In this document: positions 10,463-19,924 of the stretch, in pieces | Layout of the letters: every line of letters starts with the position of its first letter | Position numbering within the stretch: the first letter of the stretch is position 1 | NCBI GenBank assembly: GCA_046297095.1 | Contig: JBKCNS010000005.1 | Span: forward strand, 19,500 to 83,499 | Origin: Candidatus Kapaibacterium sp. | GTDB lineage: Bacteria; Bacteroidota; Ignavibacteria; Kapaibacteriales; NICIL-2 | Length of the DNA: 64,000 nt | Direction of reading: 5' to 3' | The notes under the pieces: model-generated | Seen by the model: only the letters and a program-made list of their open reading frames with translations | What the model was told of the DNA's origin: nothing | Database searches by the model: none | Translations under genes and position numbers: made by a program

Positions 10463-10520
10463 TTGGCTGAATCGACAACGTGCGTCGGTAACAGGCTGAA
10501 TCGACAAAGTGGGTCGGTAA
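10442..10520. repeat. 3 tandem copies of a ~29-bp unit (atcgacaaagtgggtcggtaa plus an 8-nt spacer)
   Basis: Direct reading: copies at 10442-10462, 10471-10491 and 10500-10520. The first copy carries the stop codon of the upstream gene. Confidence 0.8.
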
Positions 10521-10740
10521 CCGACTTCATTGTCACACTTCGAAGAATTCAAACCGACATTCAGACATTCAATAAGCAAGCCTCGTCACCATGTGATGGG
10601 GCTTGTGTGTTTTAGGGGAGATGTGGGGCCAAGAGGCTGCGCACATTTACGCTGCGCGGGGTATTTTGCGGCACCGCAGCAGCACTATAGTTGCGGTGAG
10701 GGAAGCGGATACGGAACGATCTCAATTTGGGAGAACAACA

Positions 10741-11265
10741 ATGGCAATAGCAGGCGCATTTCATTTGCAATCGTGGATTGATGAGCACAGGGATTTGTTG
10801 AAACCCCCGGTGGGCAATCAGTGCATCTACGAGAACACAGATTTTATCGTAATGATTGTAGGCGGCCCGAACTCGCGAAAGGATTATCACTTCAACGAAG
10901 GCGAAGAGCTGTTCTACCAGCTCGAAGGAGATGTGGTGGTAAAAATCATCGACGAAGGCAAGCCCCGCGATATTCATATTCGTCAGGGCGATATGTTTTT
11001 GTTGCCGCCTCGCACTCCGCACTCGCCGCAGCGCGGAGCCAATACGGTAGGCTTCGTAATTGAACGCAAGCGCGAGACTAAAGAGATGGACGGCTTCCAG
11101 TGGTACTGCGAGAATTGCGGAGACAAACTCTACGAAGAGTTCGAATACGTTACAGACATTGTAAAGCAATTGCCGCCAATCTTTGAGCGCTTTTACGGTA
11201 ACCCGGATCACTGTACATGCAAGAAGTGCGGCACGGTGATGGAAGCCCCCAAGAAGCTTGTATAA
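10741..11265 (+). CDS. 3-hydroxyanthranilate 3,4-dioxygenase (cupin)
   Basis: ATG verified at 10741. The 175-aa product has a cupin core (YHFNEGEELFYQLEGDVVV…IRQGDMFLLPPRTPHSPQR) and a C-terminal rubredoxin-like CENCG…CTCKKCG pair, typical of HAAO/NbaC. Confidence 0.85.
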   Translation: MAIAGAFHLQSWIDEHRDLLKPPVGNQCIYENTDFIVMIVGGPNSRKDYHFNEGEELFYQLEGDVVVKIIDEGKPRDIHIRQGDMFLLPPRTPHSPQRGANTVGFVIERKRETKEMDGFQWYCENCGDKLYEEFEYVTDIVKQLPPIFERFYGNPDHCTCKKCGTVMEAPKKLV

Positions 11266-11433
11266 GCAGATAAAGTGTGTAGTGTGGCTGTCATGATAAT
11301 CGCATCTGTTGAATAGTTATGTGCATGAGCGAAGATTAGAAACAGGATGAATACTCACGACTCGCACAAACAATCACTAACTCCACGAACCACGTATTCA
11401 AGCGCTTTGTAGCACCCTACGTTAAATGCATCC

Positions 11434-12444
11434 ATGAAGATTGATATTCACGCACACCTTATGCCCCAAACCTGGCCCTCGCTGAAGGACAAGTATGGCT
11501 ATGGTGGTTTTATTGCGTTGGATCATCACGTTCCCGATGCAGCTCGCATGATGCGGGACGACGGTGTGTTCTTTAGAGAGGTGCAGCGCAACTGCTGGGA
11601 TGCCGAGTGGGTGCTCCGCGACATGGACGAGCACCACGTGGATGTGAGCGTGCTGTATACCGTTCCGGTGCTGTTCTCGTACTTCGCTCAGCCGGCGCAT
11701 GGCCATGAGTGGTCACGGTTTTTGAACGATCATCTTGCCGATGTGGTAGCCCGCCATCCCAAACGTTTTGTGGCGATGGGCACCGTGCCCATGCAGGATG
11801 TAGATCGCGCAATCGAAGAAATGACTCGCTGTGTGCAGGAGCTGGGCATGCCAGGATTGCAAATAGGGTCTAATATCAACGGCATGAATCTGGACGATCC
11901 CGCGTTGTTTCCTTTTTATGCCGAAGCAGAGCGATTGGGCTGCAGACTAGTGATACACCCGTGGGAAATGCTCGGAGGCGATCGCTTAACGAAGTACTTT
12001 TCCCCTTGGCTTGTGGGCATGCCTGCAGAAACCACGCTTGCGCTTACGTCCATGATATTCGGCGGAGTGTTCGACCGCTTCCCCAAACTTCGTGTGTTGT
12101 TTACTCATGCAGGAGGGTCGTTCTTGTTTACTCTTGGGCGAATCTCTCATGGCTGGCATGCGCGGCCGGATCTGTGCAACGTTCACGGCATCAGCGATCC
12201 CAGAACCTACACAAATCGTTTTTGGGTAGACGGCATAACGCACGACCTCCGTGCTTTGCAATACGTATTGGATGTAATGGGCGACACTCGCGTATGCTAT
12301 GGCACAGACTATCCCTTTCCGCTTGGCGATCTTGAGCACGGGCGATTTATCGAGGAATCATCGTTGGATAAAGCTACCATCGACCGCCTGCTCTGCGATA
12401 ATGCACTTGAGTTCTTAGGAATGGACAAACAGAGGTTTCTGTAA
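11434..12444 (+). CDS. 2-amino-3-carboxymuconate-6-semialdehyde decarboxylase (ACMSD; amidohydrolase-2 family)
   Basis: MKIDIHAHLMPQTWP…FGYGG…NCWD…MPGLQIGSNING…LVIHPW…WLVGMPAETT…THAGGSFLFTLGRISHGW…GTDYPFPLGDLE aligns along the whole length with ACMSD/NbaD. Confidence 0.85.
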   Translation: MKIDIHAHLMPQTWPSLKDKYGYGGFIALDHHVPDAARMMRDDGVFFREVQRNCWDAEWVLRDMDEHHVDVSVLYTVPVLFSYFAQPAHGHEWSRFLNDHLADVVARHPKRFVAMGTVPMQDVDRAIEEMTRCVQELGMPGLQIGSNINGMNLDDPALFPFYAEAERLGCRLVIHPWEMLGGDRLTKYFSPWLVGMPAETTLALTSMIFGGVFDRFPKLRVLFTHAGGSFLFTLGRISHGWHARPDLCNVHGISDPRTYTNRFWVDGITHDLRALQYVLDVMGDTRVCYGTDYPFPLGDLEHGRFIEESSLDKATIDRLLCDNALEFLGMDKQRFL

Positions 12445-12478
12445 TTGCTGTACAAGCGTTGTGCCGCCGGCCGCGTGG

Positions 12479-15400
12479 TTACTCATCCAGCGCGGCGTCC
12501 ACATCTTGAATTGATGATGCCACATGTGCTGTGCCGTTGCGCATTTCTATTATCATATCAGCGTCGGCAATGGTGTGTAAGCGATGCGCAATGATGAGCA
12601 TGGTCACATCGCGAAACTCGGATCGCAAGGTTTGCTGTATCACCGCATCGGTTTGTATGTCCACACTGGCAGTTGCTTCATCCAGCACAATAATCGAGGC
12701 GCGAGTAAGCAGTGCCCGCGCAAGGCAAAGAAGCTGCCGCTGACCCTGCGAAAAATTCAAACCACTTTCCTGTACCTGCGCCATCAGGCCGCCGAGCGCA
12801 CGAACCGGCTCGGCCATGCGTACGCGCTGTAACACAGACCAAATGTCGTCGTCGGAATATTCTTCGAAGCGATCTAAGTTCTCTCTGATACTTCCCATGA
12901 ACAGCATGGGGTCCTGTGGAATAATCGCCATGGCTCTACGTAAGCGCTCGTAGGGAATGGTTGCGATGTCGATGCCGTCGATGTGCACAGTGCCTGTGGA
13001 GGGCGACACAAAACGCAGTAACGTTTGGAACAATGTGGTCTTGCCGCTTCCCGTCCGGCCAACGATTCCCACGCGAGAACCACCGGGAATAGTAAATGAA
13101 ACATCCTGCAATATCAGCGGCAGCTCCGGTGCGTAGCGGGCAGAGACCGAGCTGAATACAACCTGGCCACGTAGTGGCCAGGAAACAGTTTCAGGAAGGG
13201 GAAGGTCCGATTGCACAACCGGCTCCGGCTCCAGGCGGCCGTAGGTACGCAGGCGTTCGTACGACGTCATTCGCGATTCTACTTCGCTGAACGAGCGCAC
13301 ACACCAATTCAGATAGCCCCAGAACGTCATCGAGTAGGTGATAATCATACCCGCCAGCCCTGCACCGATGCGGCCTTCAGAGCATAGCACAACTACCGAC
13401 GTAGTCGTGGCAAGGGCAATCACGCCGCTAAGCAAGGGCGCGCGGGTAGAGAACCATCGATTTAAAAGAATGGAGCCCCAATTCATGCGCTGAAAAAACT
13501 CCAGCTTCTCCACGAACGACGCCGTGAAGTCTGCTTCCTGTTTGTACGCACGAATCACCGGCAGTCCCAGCAAGGTTTCCTTGAAGTGGGCATAGCGCGG
13601 AGAGCGCGAAATGCTTGTAAGGCGCTTGGCTTCTCGCGCAGAGCGGCGATAGTCACGTTGCAGTTTGTAGAACACCGCCATTGCGGGCACGGCAGCCAGC
13701 ACCACAACCGGCGCTACCGTCAGTATGAGCAGCAAGGTTCCCACCATCATCGAGAACGAGCGTGCTGCACTTTCGAAGTTCCAGCTTAGCTCGTCGTCCA
13801 CACCGGCCAGATCGTGCGCAAAGCGATTCAGGATGCGGCCCATAGGTGTGGTGTCAAAGAAACGAATGGGAGCTCGGATCACGGCTTGGAGCGTTGCATT
13901 GTGAATCTCGCGGCCGGCCATTGTGGCACGCATCATCCATATCAGGCGTTCCCCAAAGTTGGCGGCTAAAATCAATCCGCCCAGTAGAGCGTAACCGGCC
14001 AGAGCGGCCTGCGGATGCTGCAGCCAGTCCGGCATGATTCCCGGTATACCTTGGTATTCAGTCCACCAAGCAAGCCACGCGCTTTGCATCATGGGGAGTA
14101 CTACCACCATCATGCAGCTGAGTACCAACAGCGAATACACCACAGCGGGCTTGCCGTTGTTTGCGGATCCAAGTTGCTTCACATAGTCGAAGAACAATTC
14201 GGCTTTCATGGATCCTATAGCGCGGTCTTCGTCTTCCATGAACTTGCCGTTGTTTTGATCGTCGTTCTTGCGCTGCTGCGGAGCACTTGCCGCGGGAGCT
14301 TCGGGAGCGCTTGCCTCTGCCGATGTATGCTCGGCATAGAACTCACTAAATGGGGCACATGTTTGCAAGAGCGATTCCAGCGTACCTTGGCCTGCAATTC
14401 GCCCCTCGTGAAGAAACACTACATGATCGAAGCGGCCCAAGTGCGTAAGCCTGTGAGTTGCCACCACTCGGGTTACGGTATTCCAATGACCAAAAATCAG
14501 ATCGTCTGCCAGCGCTTGTTCCGTGTGCACATCTACAGCTGCCAGAGGATCGTCGAGCAGCACAATACCGGCTTGTTTCATCACGGCTCTGGCACAGCAC
14601 ACACGCATTTTCTGACCACCGGACAGATTCACTCCGCGCTCGCCAATCTCCGTGTCCATTCCGGAGGGCAATGCAGCGATGTCCGCTTCCAACGAACTCA
14701 TTGCCAGTGCTGTGCGGAGCAGGTTGATAGTGTCGTCGTTGTCTTCGCGGCCGAAACAAATATTATCCTGTAATGTGGCGTTGCGTATGTAGGGTTCTTG
14801 AGAAACGTAGGCAATGCGAGATCGCTGAATATCATCATCGGTAGAAAGCTCTATACTGCCACCGGTCAGTGAGGTTTCTTTGAGCAGCGAAAGCAACAGC
14901 GTGGACTTGCCTGCTCCTACGGCACCCACCAGGGCTACACTGCTTCCCGGAGGAATTTCCAGGTTGATGTCCTGCAACGCTTGTACCGGTGCGCCCTGCG
15001 GGGAATCGGGCTTCGCCGAATACACCACGGAGAGGTTCTTTATCGAAATGCCACCGGGAGTATTGTCCTGCCGTTCCGGACGAGTATCGGGAGTATGAAC
15101 CGGGCTGCTGAAAAACGAATGCAGACGCTGTGCCGCCACGCGCGCATGCGCATAGTTCTTGATGAAGTGCGGCAGTGCACCAATGGGGCCTTCCAGCTGC
15201 ATGAAAATGAGCAAGCAGGGAAAAATCAATGCCGGTGTCAGAACACCGCCCATGGCAGTGTACGTGCCAAAGCCTGCAAAGGCCACCACGGTAGAGGTGC
15301 TAAGAAACAGCATGGTGCTGAGTGCCTCGGCGCGAATCAACTTCGAGAATGCGCTTAGCTCTTGAGTTCGAATGGAATCGACCGAGCGAACAATGCTCTT

Positions 15401-16201
15401 CTCCCAGGCAAAGTACTTGATCACACGAATGCCGCTGAGTATCTGAGACATCAACGTTACTCTGGCATCGCGATGTTTCCAGAGTTCGGTGTCGTACCGA
15501 GAAAATCTGCGAGCTGCCAGGCGAGTAAGAGGGCCCATGCACACAAGCGTGGCCAAAGCAGCAAGTGTAGCCGGACCGAGTAGCACATAGAGCAGCGCCA
15601 GCGATGCACTTACATGAATACACGACTGTAAAATTTCCGGCAGGAAGAACGACACTTCTGCCATGCCCTCGCTATCGCTGGCCATGTGGTTTACCACATC
15701 TCCGGTATGCATGCTCATCTGCGAACTGCGTGTTAGGCGCAGCGCATGACGAAACACGCGCATGTTCAAACCATTCGATACGCGTCCCCATGTTTTGAGT
15801 GCGTTGTAATAGTAATGCTGAACAAGTACGCCGTCTACCATAACTACGGCCGAGAGCGCGATCGCTCCGCTCAGTGCCGGCACAAGATTCTGTGGTTGCG
15901 TCTGAAGAGTAGTAAGATTTCCCAGCACCTCGCGAAGCAATACCGGACCTGCAAGCACAAAGGGTAAGCGGCCTATATCAAATGCAAGAGCTCGCTTTGC
16001 GCTGGCACCCGCGGCAAAGAATGCCTTTGCCACAAAGGTGTTGGGATTGGCGGTGGGTATGGAGACAAATGCATCCTCTACGTCTGTAGGGCGCAAGTCT
16101 TCTTCTATGGGTGGCATGTCGGCGGCCATGAGCGCACGTGTCCTGCCCACTGCAATGAGCGGCGACACATAGCTGAAAAGAAGTTTGCTAAGCCAATTCA
16201 T
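12479..16201 (-). CDS. full-length ABC exporter with (TMD-NBD)x2 architecture, ABCC/MRP-like
   Basis: 1240 aa from the ATG at 16201 (the ORF-track start at 16237 is TTG). There are two Walker A motifs (GAVGAGKST, GRTGSGKTT), two signature motifs (LSGGQKMRV, FSQGQRQLL) and two Walker B motifs (LLDDPLAAVD, VLDEATASVD). The N terminus (LSKLLFSYVSPLIAVGRTRAL) resembles the ABCC TMD1 start. Confidence 0.85.
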   Translation of the reverse strand: MNWLSKLLFSYVSPLIAVGRTRALMAADMPPIEEDLRPTDVEDAFVSIPTANPNTFVAKAFFAAGASAKRALAFDIGRLPFVLAGPVLLREVLGNLTTLQTQPQNLVPALSGAIALSAVVMVDGVLVQHYYYNALKTWGRVSNGLNMRVFRHALRLTRSSQMSMHTGDVVNHMASDSEGMAEVSFFLPEILQSCIHVSASLALLYVLLGPATLAALATLVCMGPLTRLAARRFSRYDTELWKHRDARVTLMSQILSGIRVIKYFAWEKSIVRSVDSIRTQELSAFSKLIRAEALSTMLFLSTSTVVAFAGFGTYTAMGGVLTPALIFPCLLIFMQLEGPIGALPHFIKNYAHARVAAQRLHSFFSSPVHTPDTRPERQDNTPGGISIKNLSVVYSAKPDSPQGAPVQALQDINLEIPPGSSVALVGAVGAGKSTLLLSLLKETSLTGGSIELSTDDDIQRSRIAYVSQEPYIRNATLQDNICFGREDNDDTINLLRTALAMSSLEADIAALPSGMDTEIGERGVNLSGGQKMRVCCARAVMKQAGIVLLDDPLAAVDVHTEQALADDLIFGHWNTVTRVVATHRLTHLGRFDHVVFLHEGRIAGQGTLESLLQTCAPFSEFYAEHTSAEASAPEAPAASAPQQRKNDDQNNGKFMEDEDRAIGSMKAELFFDYVKQLGSANNGKPAVVYSLLVLSCMMVVVLPMMQSAWLAWWTEYQGIPGIMPDWLQHPQAALAGYALLGGLILAANFGERLIWMMRATMAGREIHNATLQAVIRAPIRFFDTTPMGRILNRFAHDLAGVDDELSWNFESAARSFSMMVGTLLLILTVAPVVVLAAVPAMAVFYKLQRDYRRSAREAKRLTSISRSPRYAHFKETLLGLPVIRAYKQEADFTASFVEKLEFFQRMNWGSILLNRWFSTRAPLLSGVIALATTTSVVVLCSEGRIGAGLAGMIITYSMTFWGYLNWCVRSFSEVESRMTSYERLRTYGRLEPEPVVQSDLPLPETVSWPLRGQVVFSSVSARYAPELPLILQDVSFTIPGGSRVGIVGRTGSGKTTLFQTLLRFVSPSTGTVHIDGIDIATIPYERLRRAMAIIPQDPMLFMGSIRENLDRFEEYSDDDIWSVLQRVRMAEPVRALGGLMAQVQESGLNFSQGQRQLLCLARALLTRASIIVLDEATASVDIQTDAVIQQTLRSEFRDVTMLIIAHRLHTIADADMIIEMRNGTAHVASSIQDVDAALDE

Positions 16202-16242
16202 GAGAGCTGCATCTGAACCAAAAAAGCGATCACCCAAAGGTG

Positions 16243-16626
16243 CTACGAAGCGGAGGAGGTTTCGATCACAACCACAGCCATGGCCATGGTGCTTGTGTGA
16301 GAGAGTGTAACATGAATGGCAAAGTGCCCGTAGCGCTCGTGCAGCAGTCCGCTAAGGTCTGCAACGGGTTGGCCGCTCGGCATATTCTTTACGCCGCATT
16401 CTTTGAACTGAAAGCCCTGCGTGATGCCCGTACCTATGGCTTTGCTGAATGCTTCCTTAAAGGCGAATCGCGCAGCGAAATGCACGGCTTCGGTGCCATG
16501 AAATCGACGGCAATACTCCTGCTCGGTGGCAGTGAAAATGCGTTGCACAAATCTCTCGCCGTATTGCTCAATGGAGTGAGCTATACGCGCCACGTCCACA
16601 AGGTCTGAACCTATGCCTATAATCAT
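16243..16626 (-). CDS. acpS: holo-[acyl-carrier-protein] synthase (4'-phosphopantetheinyl transferase)
   Basis: MIIGIGSDLVDVARI…QRIFTATEQEY… has the canonical AcpS N terminus. 127 aa, 4-bp overlap with pyrE. Confidence 0.85.
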   Translation of the reverse strand: MIIGIGSDLVDVARIAHSIEQYGERFVQRIFTATEQEYCRRFHGTEAVHFAARFAFKEAFSKAIGTGITQGFQFKECGVKNMPSGQPVADLSGLLHERYGHFAIHVTLSHTSTMAMAVVVIETSSAS

Positions 16627-17156
16627 GCGGCAGCTCCGGCGGTTTTGAGTTCCGTCATGGTGAATAGCGGAGTAAGAGGAACGTCGATAGCAGACAGCGC
16701 AGCCGGCCCGCCGGACTCGCGATCAATCACACACACCGCGCCCAGAATATTCGCGCCATGATCGCGTAAATCTTTAGACGACAACACCACCTGACCGCCG
16801 CTGGTGATCACATCTTCAACGATCAAGATATTCTTGCCCTTGATATCACTGCCTTCGGCAATCTTACACGTGCCGTACTCTTTAGCCTTTTTGCGAACAA
16901 ATGCAGCCGGGATGCCCGTGTGCAACGACAACGCCGTGGCAAGCGGCACACCACCAAGCTCCAAGCCGCACAGCACCTGCGTTTCCGCCGGTATCAGGGG
17001 CGCAAGGTGTTCGGCAATCACTTTGAGTAATTCGGGGCGCGCTTCAAACAGGTATTTGTCGAAGTACTCGTTGCTGTGTGCGCCGGAACGCAACAGGAAG
17101 TGACCCGTGATATGAGCGGTGTTGTAAATTGCTGCGGCTAGTTCGTGTCGTGTCAT
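16623..17156 (-). CDS. pyrE: orotate phosphoribosyltransferase
   Basis: PRTase type I motif ILIVEDVITSGG. Length 177 aa with PyrE-like N terminus. ATG verified at 17156. Confidence 0.9.
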   Translation of the reverse strand: MTRHELAAAIYNTAHITGHFLLRSGAHSNEYFDKYLFEARPELLKVIAEHLAPLIPAETQVLCGLELGGVPLATALSLHTGIPAAFVRKKAKEYGTCKIAEGSDIKGKNILIVEDVITSGGQVVLSSKDLRDHGANILGAVCVIDRESGGPAALSAIDVPLTPLFTMTELKTAGAAA

Positions 17157-17249
17157 GAGCGTGCAGGCCTGAATGCCGGCTATTATACCGAGGCGTTGAA
17201 AAGAAAAACAAAATTAGAGGATTTTGTGCATAGAGGTCCGGATTTCATC

Positions 17250-18020
17250 ATGCAAACACAAGAGCAACGCGATGCCGTTGTTCTGGAGCACATACGCGCG
17301 AATGCAGTGGTTTCCACCGAGCTGAAGGTGAGCGGAGCAGAAAACATGCGCCGCGACGAAGCCAATGCGCAACTGTTGGTGCAGCAGCCCGAGCCCGTAG
17401 TGTATGTGCGACTCTACTCTTGGGATCCGTGGTGCGTGTCTCTGGGAGCTCATCAACGCGAGGATGACATAGACCATGAGCGCCGCAAAGACATGGGTTT
17501 TGATTGCGTGCGCCGCGCCACCGGCGGCCGCGCCGTATTTCACGCAGACGAGCTTACCTATTCCATTGTGATGGTACTGCCACACGGCACGGGCATGCAT
17601 GATGTGTACAGAGTGAGCCACTTTGTATTGCGCGATGCCCTGCACGCCATCGGAGCCACCGATGTGAGTTTTCAAAAAACCCAACCGGACTTTGCCGCGC
17701 GATATCGCACCGAAGGAGATAGCGTTTCTTGTTTCACCAGCGCTGCGCGATCCGAACTTCTTTGGAACGACAAGAAAGTGGTAGGCAGTGCACAGCGTGT
17801 GTATGGCAACGTGCTTCTGCAACACGGGTCCATCTTGCTGTCGCCGGCTCATGTCCGGCTGGTGGATTGTTTGCGAATGCCGGACGAGCGTTCGCGTGAG
17901 CGACTTCGTTCCTCGCTGCTTCGCCACAGCGTAAGTCTACACGAGATTCTGGGGCATAGTGTTAGCGTGCAGGCCTGTGCCGAAGCGGTCTCCGCGGCTT
18001 TTTCGCATAGCGTTGATTGA
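17250..18020 (+). CDS. lipoate-protein ligase / octanoyltransferase family protein (BPL_LplA_LipB domain)
   Basis: ATG at 17250 verified. …WDPWCVSLGAHQ…GFDCVRRATGGRAVFHADELTYSIV…KKVVGSAQRV… matches the LplA/LipM catalytic module. At 257 aa it is shorter than LplA. Confidence 0.7.
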   Translation: MQTQEQRDAVVLEHIRANAVVSTELKVSGAENMRRDEANAQLLVQQPEPVVYVRLYSWDPWCVSLGAHQREDDIDHERRKDMGFDCVRRATGGRAVFHADELTYSIVMVLPHGTGMHDVYRVSHFVLRDALHAIGATDVSFQKTQPDFAARYRTEGDSVSCFTSAARSELLWNDKKVVGSAQRVYGNVLLQHGSILLSPAHVRLVDCLRMPDERSRERLRSSLLRHSVSLHEILGHSVSVQACAEAVSAAFSHSVD

Positions 18021-18061
18021 GGATTGAAGGAGAAGAAGTAGAATTAGAACCTTGTCTTAAC

Positions 18062-18103
18062 AAAAAAGCCCACAGATTTCTCTGTGGGCTTTGTGTTTTG
18101 TTT
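18062..18103 (+). terminator. candidate rho-independent terminator (8-bp stem gcccacag/ctgtgggc, 6-nt loop, T-rich tail)
   Basis: aaaaaagcccacagatttctctgtgggctttgtgttttgttt lies directly after the stop of the + strand ligase gene. Confidence 0.55.
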
Positions 18104-18169
18104 GTACCGATTGTCCGTACCGATTGTCCGTACCGAGTACGTGACCGGCTTCAACGCCAGTCTCCTTCT

Positions 18170-18985
18170 TTACTTCTTCTTCGGAGGCGCAGCAGGCACA
18201 GCATTGGGATTGGGCAATTCGATCTTGCCGTTCTTTGCTTTGCTGGGATCGATTTGAATAACCGAGGGATCAACCACTCCGGCTTCATCCTTCACCTGAC
18301 CATATGCGCTGATCTCAAAGGGAGGAAAATCCGGATCAGCAGTTTCCACAACGACGTTTGCGCTCCAGTATCCGCGATCTTTACCATAATACGTTCCGTG
18401 AATGACCAATGAGTCTCCGGCCGCAATGGTTACCGGACCTTTTTGATCGATCTTCAAACCTTTGGTGGCGAGCAGTCGCTCCACCTTGAGCGGCTTGGTA
18501 TCGTTGTTCTTCATGGCGACGGAAAACTTCGACGTCTCGCCAACTTTGATCTCCGGGAAATTGAATGTTTGCGGTGTGAGCGTAATGGGGCGGAAAAGAT
18601 TAGCCTTCAAATACAACAATCGCCCGGTTTTGGAGGGGTCGTCGTTAGTGAAGATGGTCATGGTTTTAGTCAGATCGCCTGATGCAAGAGCGGCGTTTAA
18701 TCCCACGTGAATAACAGACGTTTTACCCGGCTTGATGGGGTCCGTGGAGTATTTCGGAGTAGTGCAACCGCAGCCTACCTTGATGGTGTCAATGATCAGG
18801 TCTTTGTTGCCGGTGTTCTTAATAGTAAGGTTTGTGTCGAGCGTAACCATTTTCAGGGGATTGTCCTTAACAACCATACGGCCCCAATCAACAGTCTCGC
18901 CGCCCACAATCTCCATTTTCGGTTGTGCCACTGCGGTGCCTACCGCCACCAACAAGCACATAAGAAGTATAATGTTTGAACGCAT
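18170..18985 (-). CDS. secreted DUF1573 domain protein (two tandem DUF1573-like modules)
   Basis: Signal peptide MRSNIILLMCLLVAVGTAVA. The GCGCTTP motif and a repeated beta-sandwich module are characteristic of DUF1573. Confidence 0.65.
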   Translation of the reverse strand: MRSNIILLMCLLVAVGTAVAQPKMEIVGGETVDWGRMVVKDNPLKMVTLDTNLTIKNTGNKDLIIDTIKVGCGCTTPKYSTDPIKPGKTSVIHVGLNAALASGDLTKTMTIFTNDDPSKTGRLLYLKANLFRPITLTPQTFNFPEIKVGETSKFSVAMKNNDTKPLKVERLLATKGLKIDQKGPVTIAAGDSLVIHGTYYGKDRGYWSANVVVETADPDFPPFEISAYGQVKDEAGVVDPSVIQIDPSKAKNGKIELPNPNAVPAAPPKKK

Positions 18986-19023
18986 TTTGATACAGTAAAA
19001 AGATGAAACGAAAAAAGTCGTTG

Positions 19024-19836
19024 TTACGGGGTGTGCTGTGCGGTGCGATGACTCGAGGAATCAATGCGCGCCGAAACCTCGCACACGGCGTTGCTTGCAA
19101 TATGATGAACCATTTCGGCCTGTACCGGATTAATAGCTTGGTTGTGACCAATGCTCTCCAGCACAAACTCGATATCCGTAATCAGTTTCTGAACTTCAGG
19201 GTTGTTGCCCGCTCTTGCTCGAAGAGCCGTAGCTTCCAACAATAACTGCTTCGCTATCTGACGATTCGGCAATTGAGCCTGTATGGGCGGGCACTTTTCG
19301 CACGCCACTTCTTCATCTACAGAGGTTGCCAGATAAATCTGCGAGCGTCGCAGGAAGTCGCGGATCTGGGGATTGGATGCAACCGCAGTTGCGGACAGAT
19401 TCTCTCCGTCTGTAACCATTGCACCGCCGGCACTTGCTCCGCCGGGCATCAACTGCACATTGCTTCCAATCAACATACCGATGAAAACAAAAGCAAGGCC
19501 GCCGGCAAGGGTAAATCCAATGCGCTGGGGCGTGGCAAAAATATCACGGATGCTCTGCCACCAACTCGTTTTTACTTCGGTGCGCGGGGCGCGCTCGTCG
19601 GCAATCACGGTGGCCGTCAGGATGTTGCGCTCCAACCGCTCGAGTATGCGAGCGTCTATATCCTCTGCCGCAGCATTAGCAAGGCGGGAGAGATTTAGAT
19701 TACACGCCTCTGCTGCTGCAGAAATCGTGGGATCCGCAGATTGCTCTACGCGCAAGGCATCACTCCGGTCTGAAGGTAACTCGCCGTAGTAATCGAGTAT
19801 TATGTCCTGCGCACGTTCTGTATCAATTTTATTCAT
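19024..19836 (-). CDS. putative anti-sigma factor / membrane protein co-transcribed with the ECF sigma factor
   Basis: Begins 85 bp downstream of the sigma gene on the same strand. One TM helix (IGFTLAGGLAFVFIGMLIG) separates a cytoplasmic N domain from a periplasmic C domain. No zinc anti-sigma motif. ATG at 19836 preferred over TTG at 19839. Confidence 0.4.
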   Translation of the reverse strand: MNKIDTERAQDIILDYYGELPSDRSDALRVEQSADPTISAAAEACNLNLSRLANAAAEDIDARILERLERNILTATVIADERAPRTEVKTSWWQSIRDIFATPQRIGFTLAGGLAFVFIGMLIGSNVQLMPGGASAGGAMVTDGENLSATAVASNPQIRDFLRRSQIYLATSVDEEVACEKCPPIQAQLPNRQIAKQLLLEATALRARAGNNPEVQKLITDIEFVLESIGHNQAINPVQAEMVHHIASNAVCEVSARIDSSSHRTAQHTP

Positions 19837-19924
19837 CAAAACTCCGTTGTGAAGAGCGTATGTTCAGTGTTACAATGTGGTGGTGTTGCTGTGGTTGTGG
19901 CAATTGCAACTGCTACAGCAACTG

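Noticed and set aside
10603-10740. N-terminal 46-aa extension of the HAAO ORF (start at 10603)
   Set aside because: The extension (MCVLGEMWGQEAAHIYAARG…) has no homology to HAAO and overlaps the tandem-repeat region. The internal ATG at 10741 gives a canonical 175-aa enzyme
14015-14773. 252-aa + strand ORF inside the ABCC transporter gene, plus several 60-140-aa ORFs across 12500-16000
   Set aside because: Antisense shadow ORFs within a continuous 1240-aa gene with intact ABC motifs
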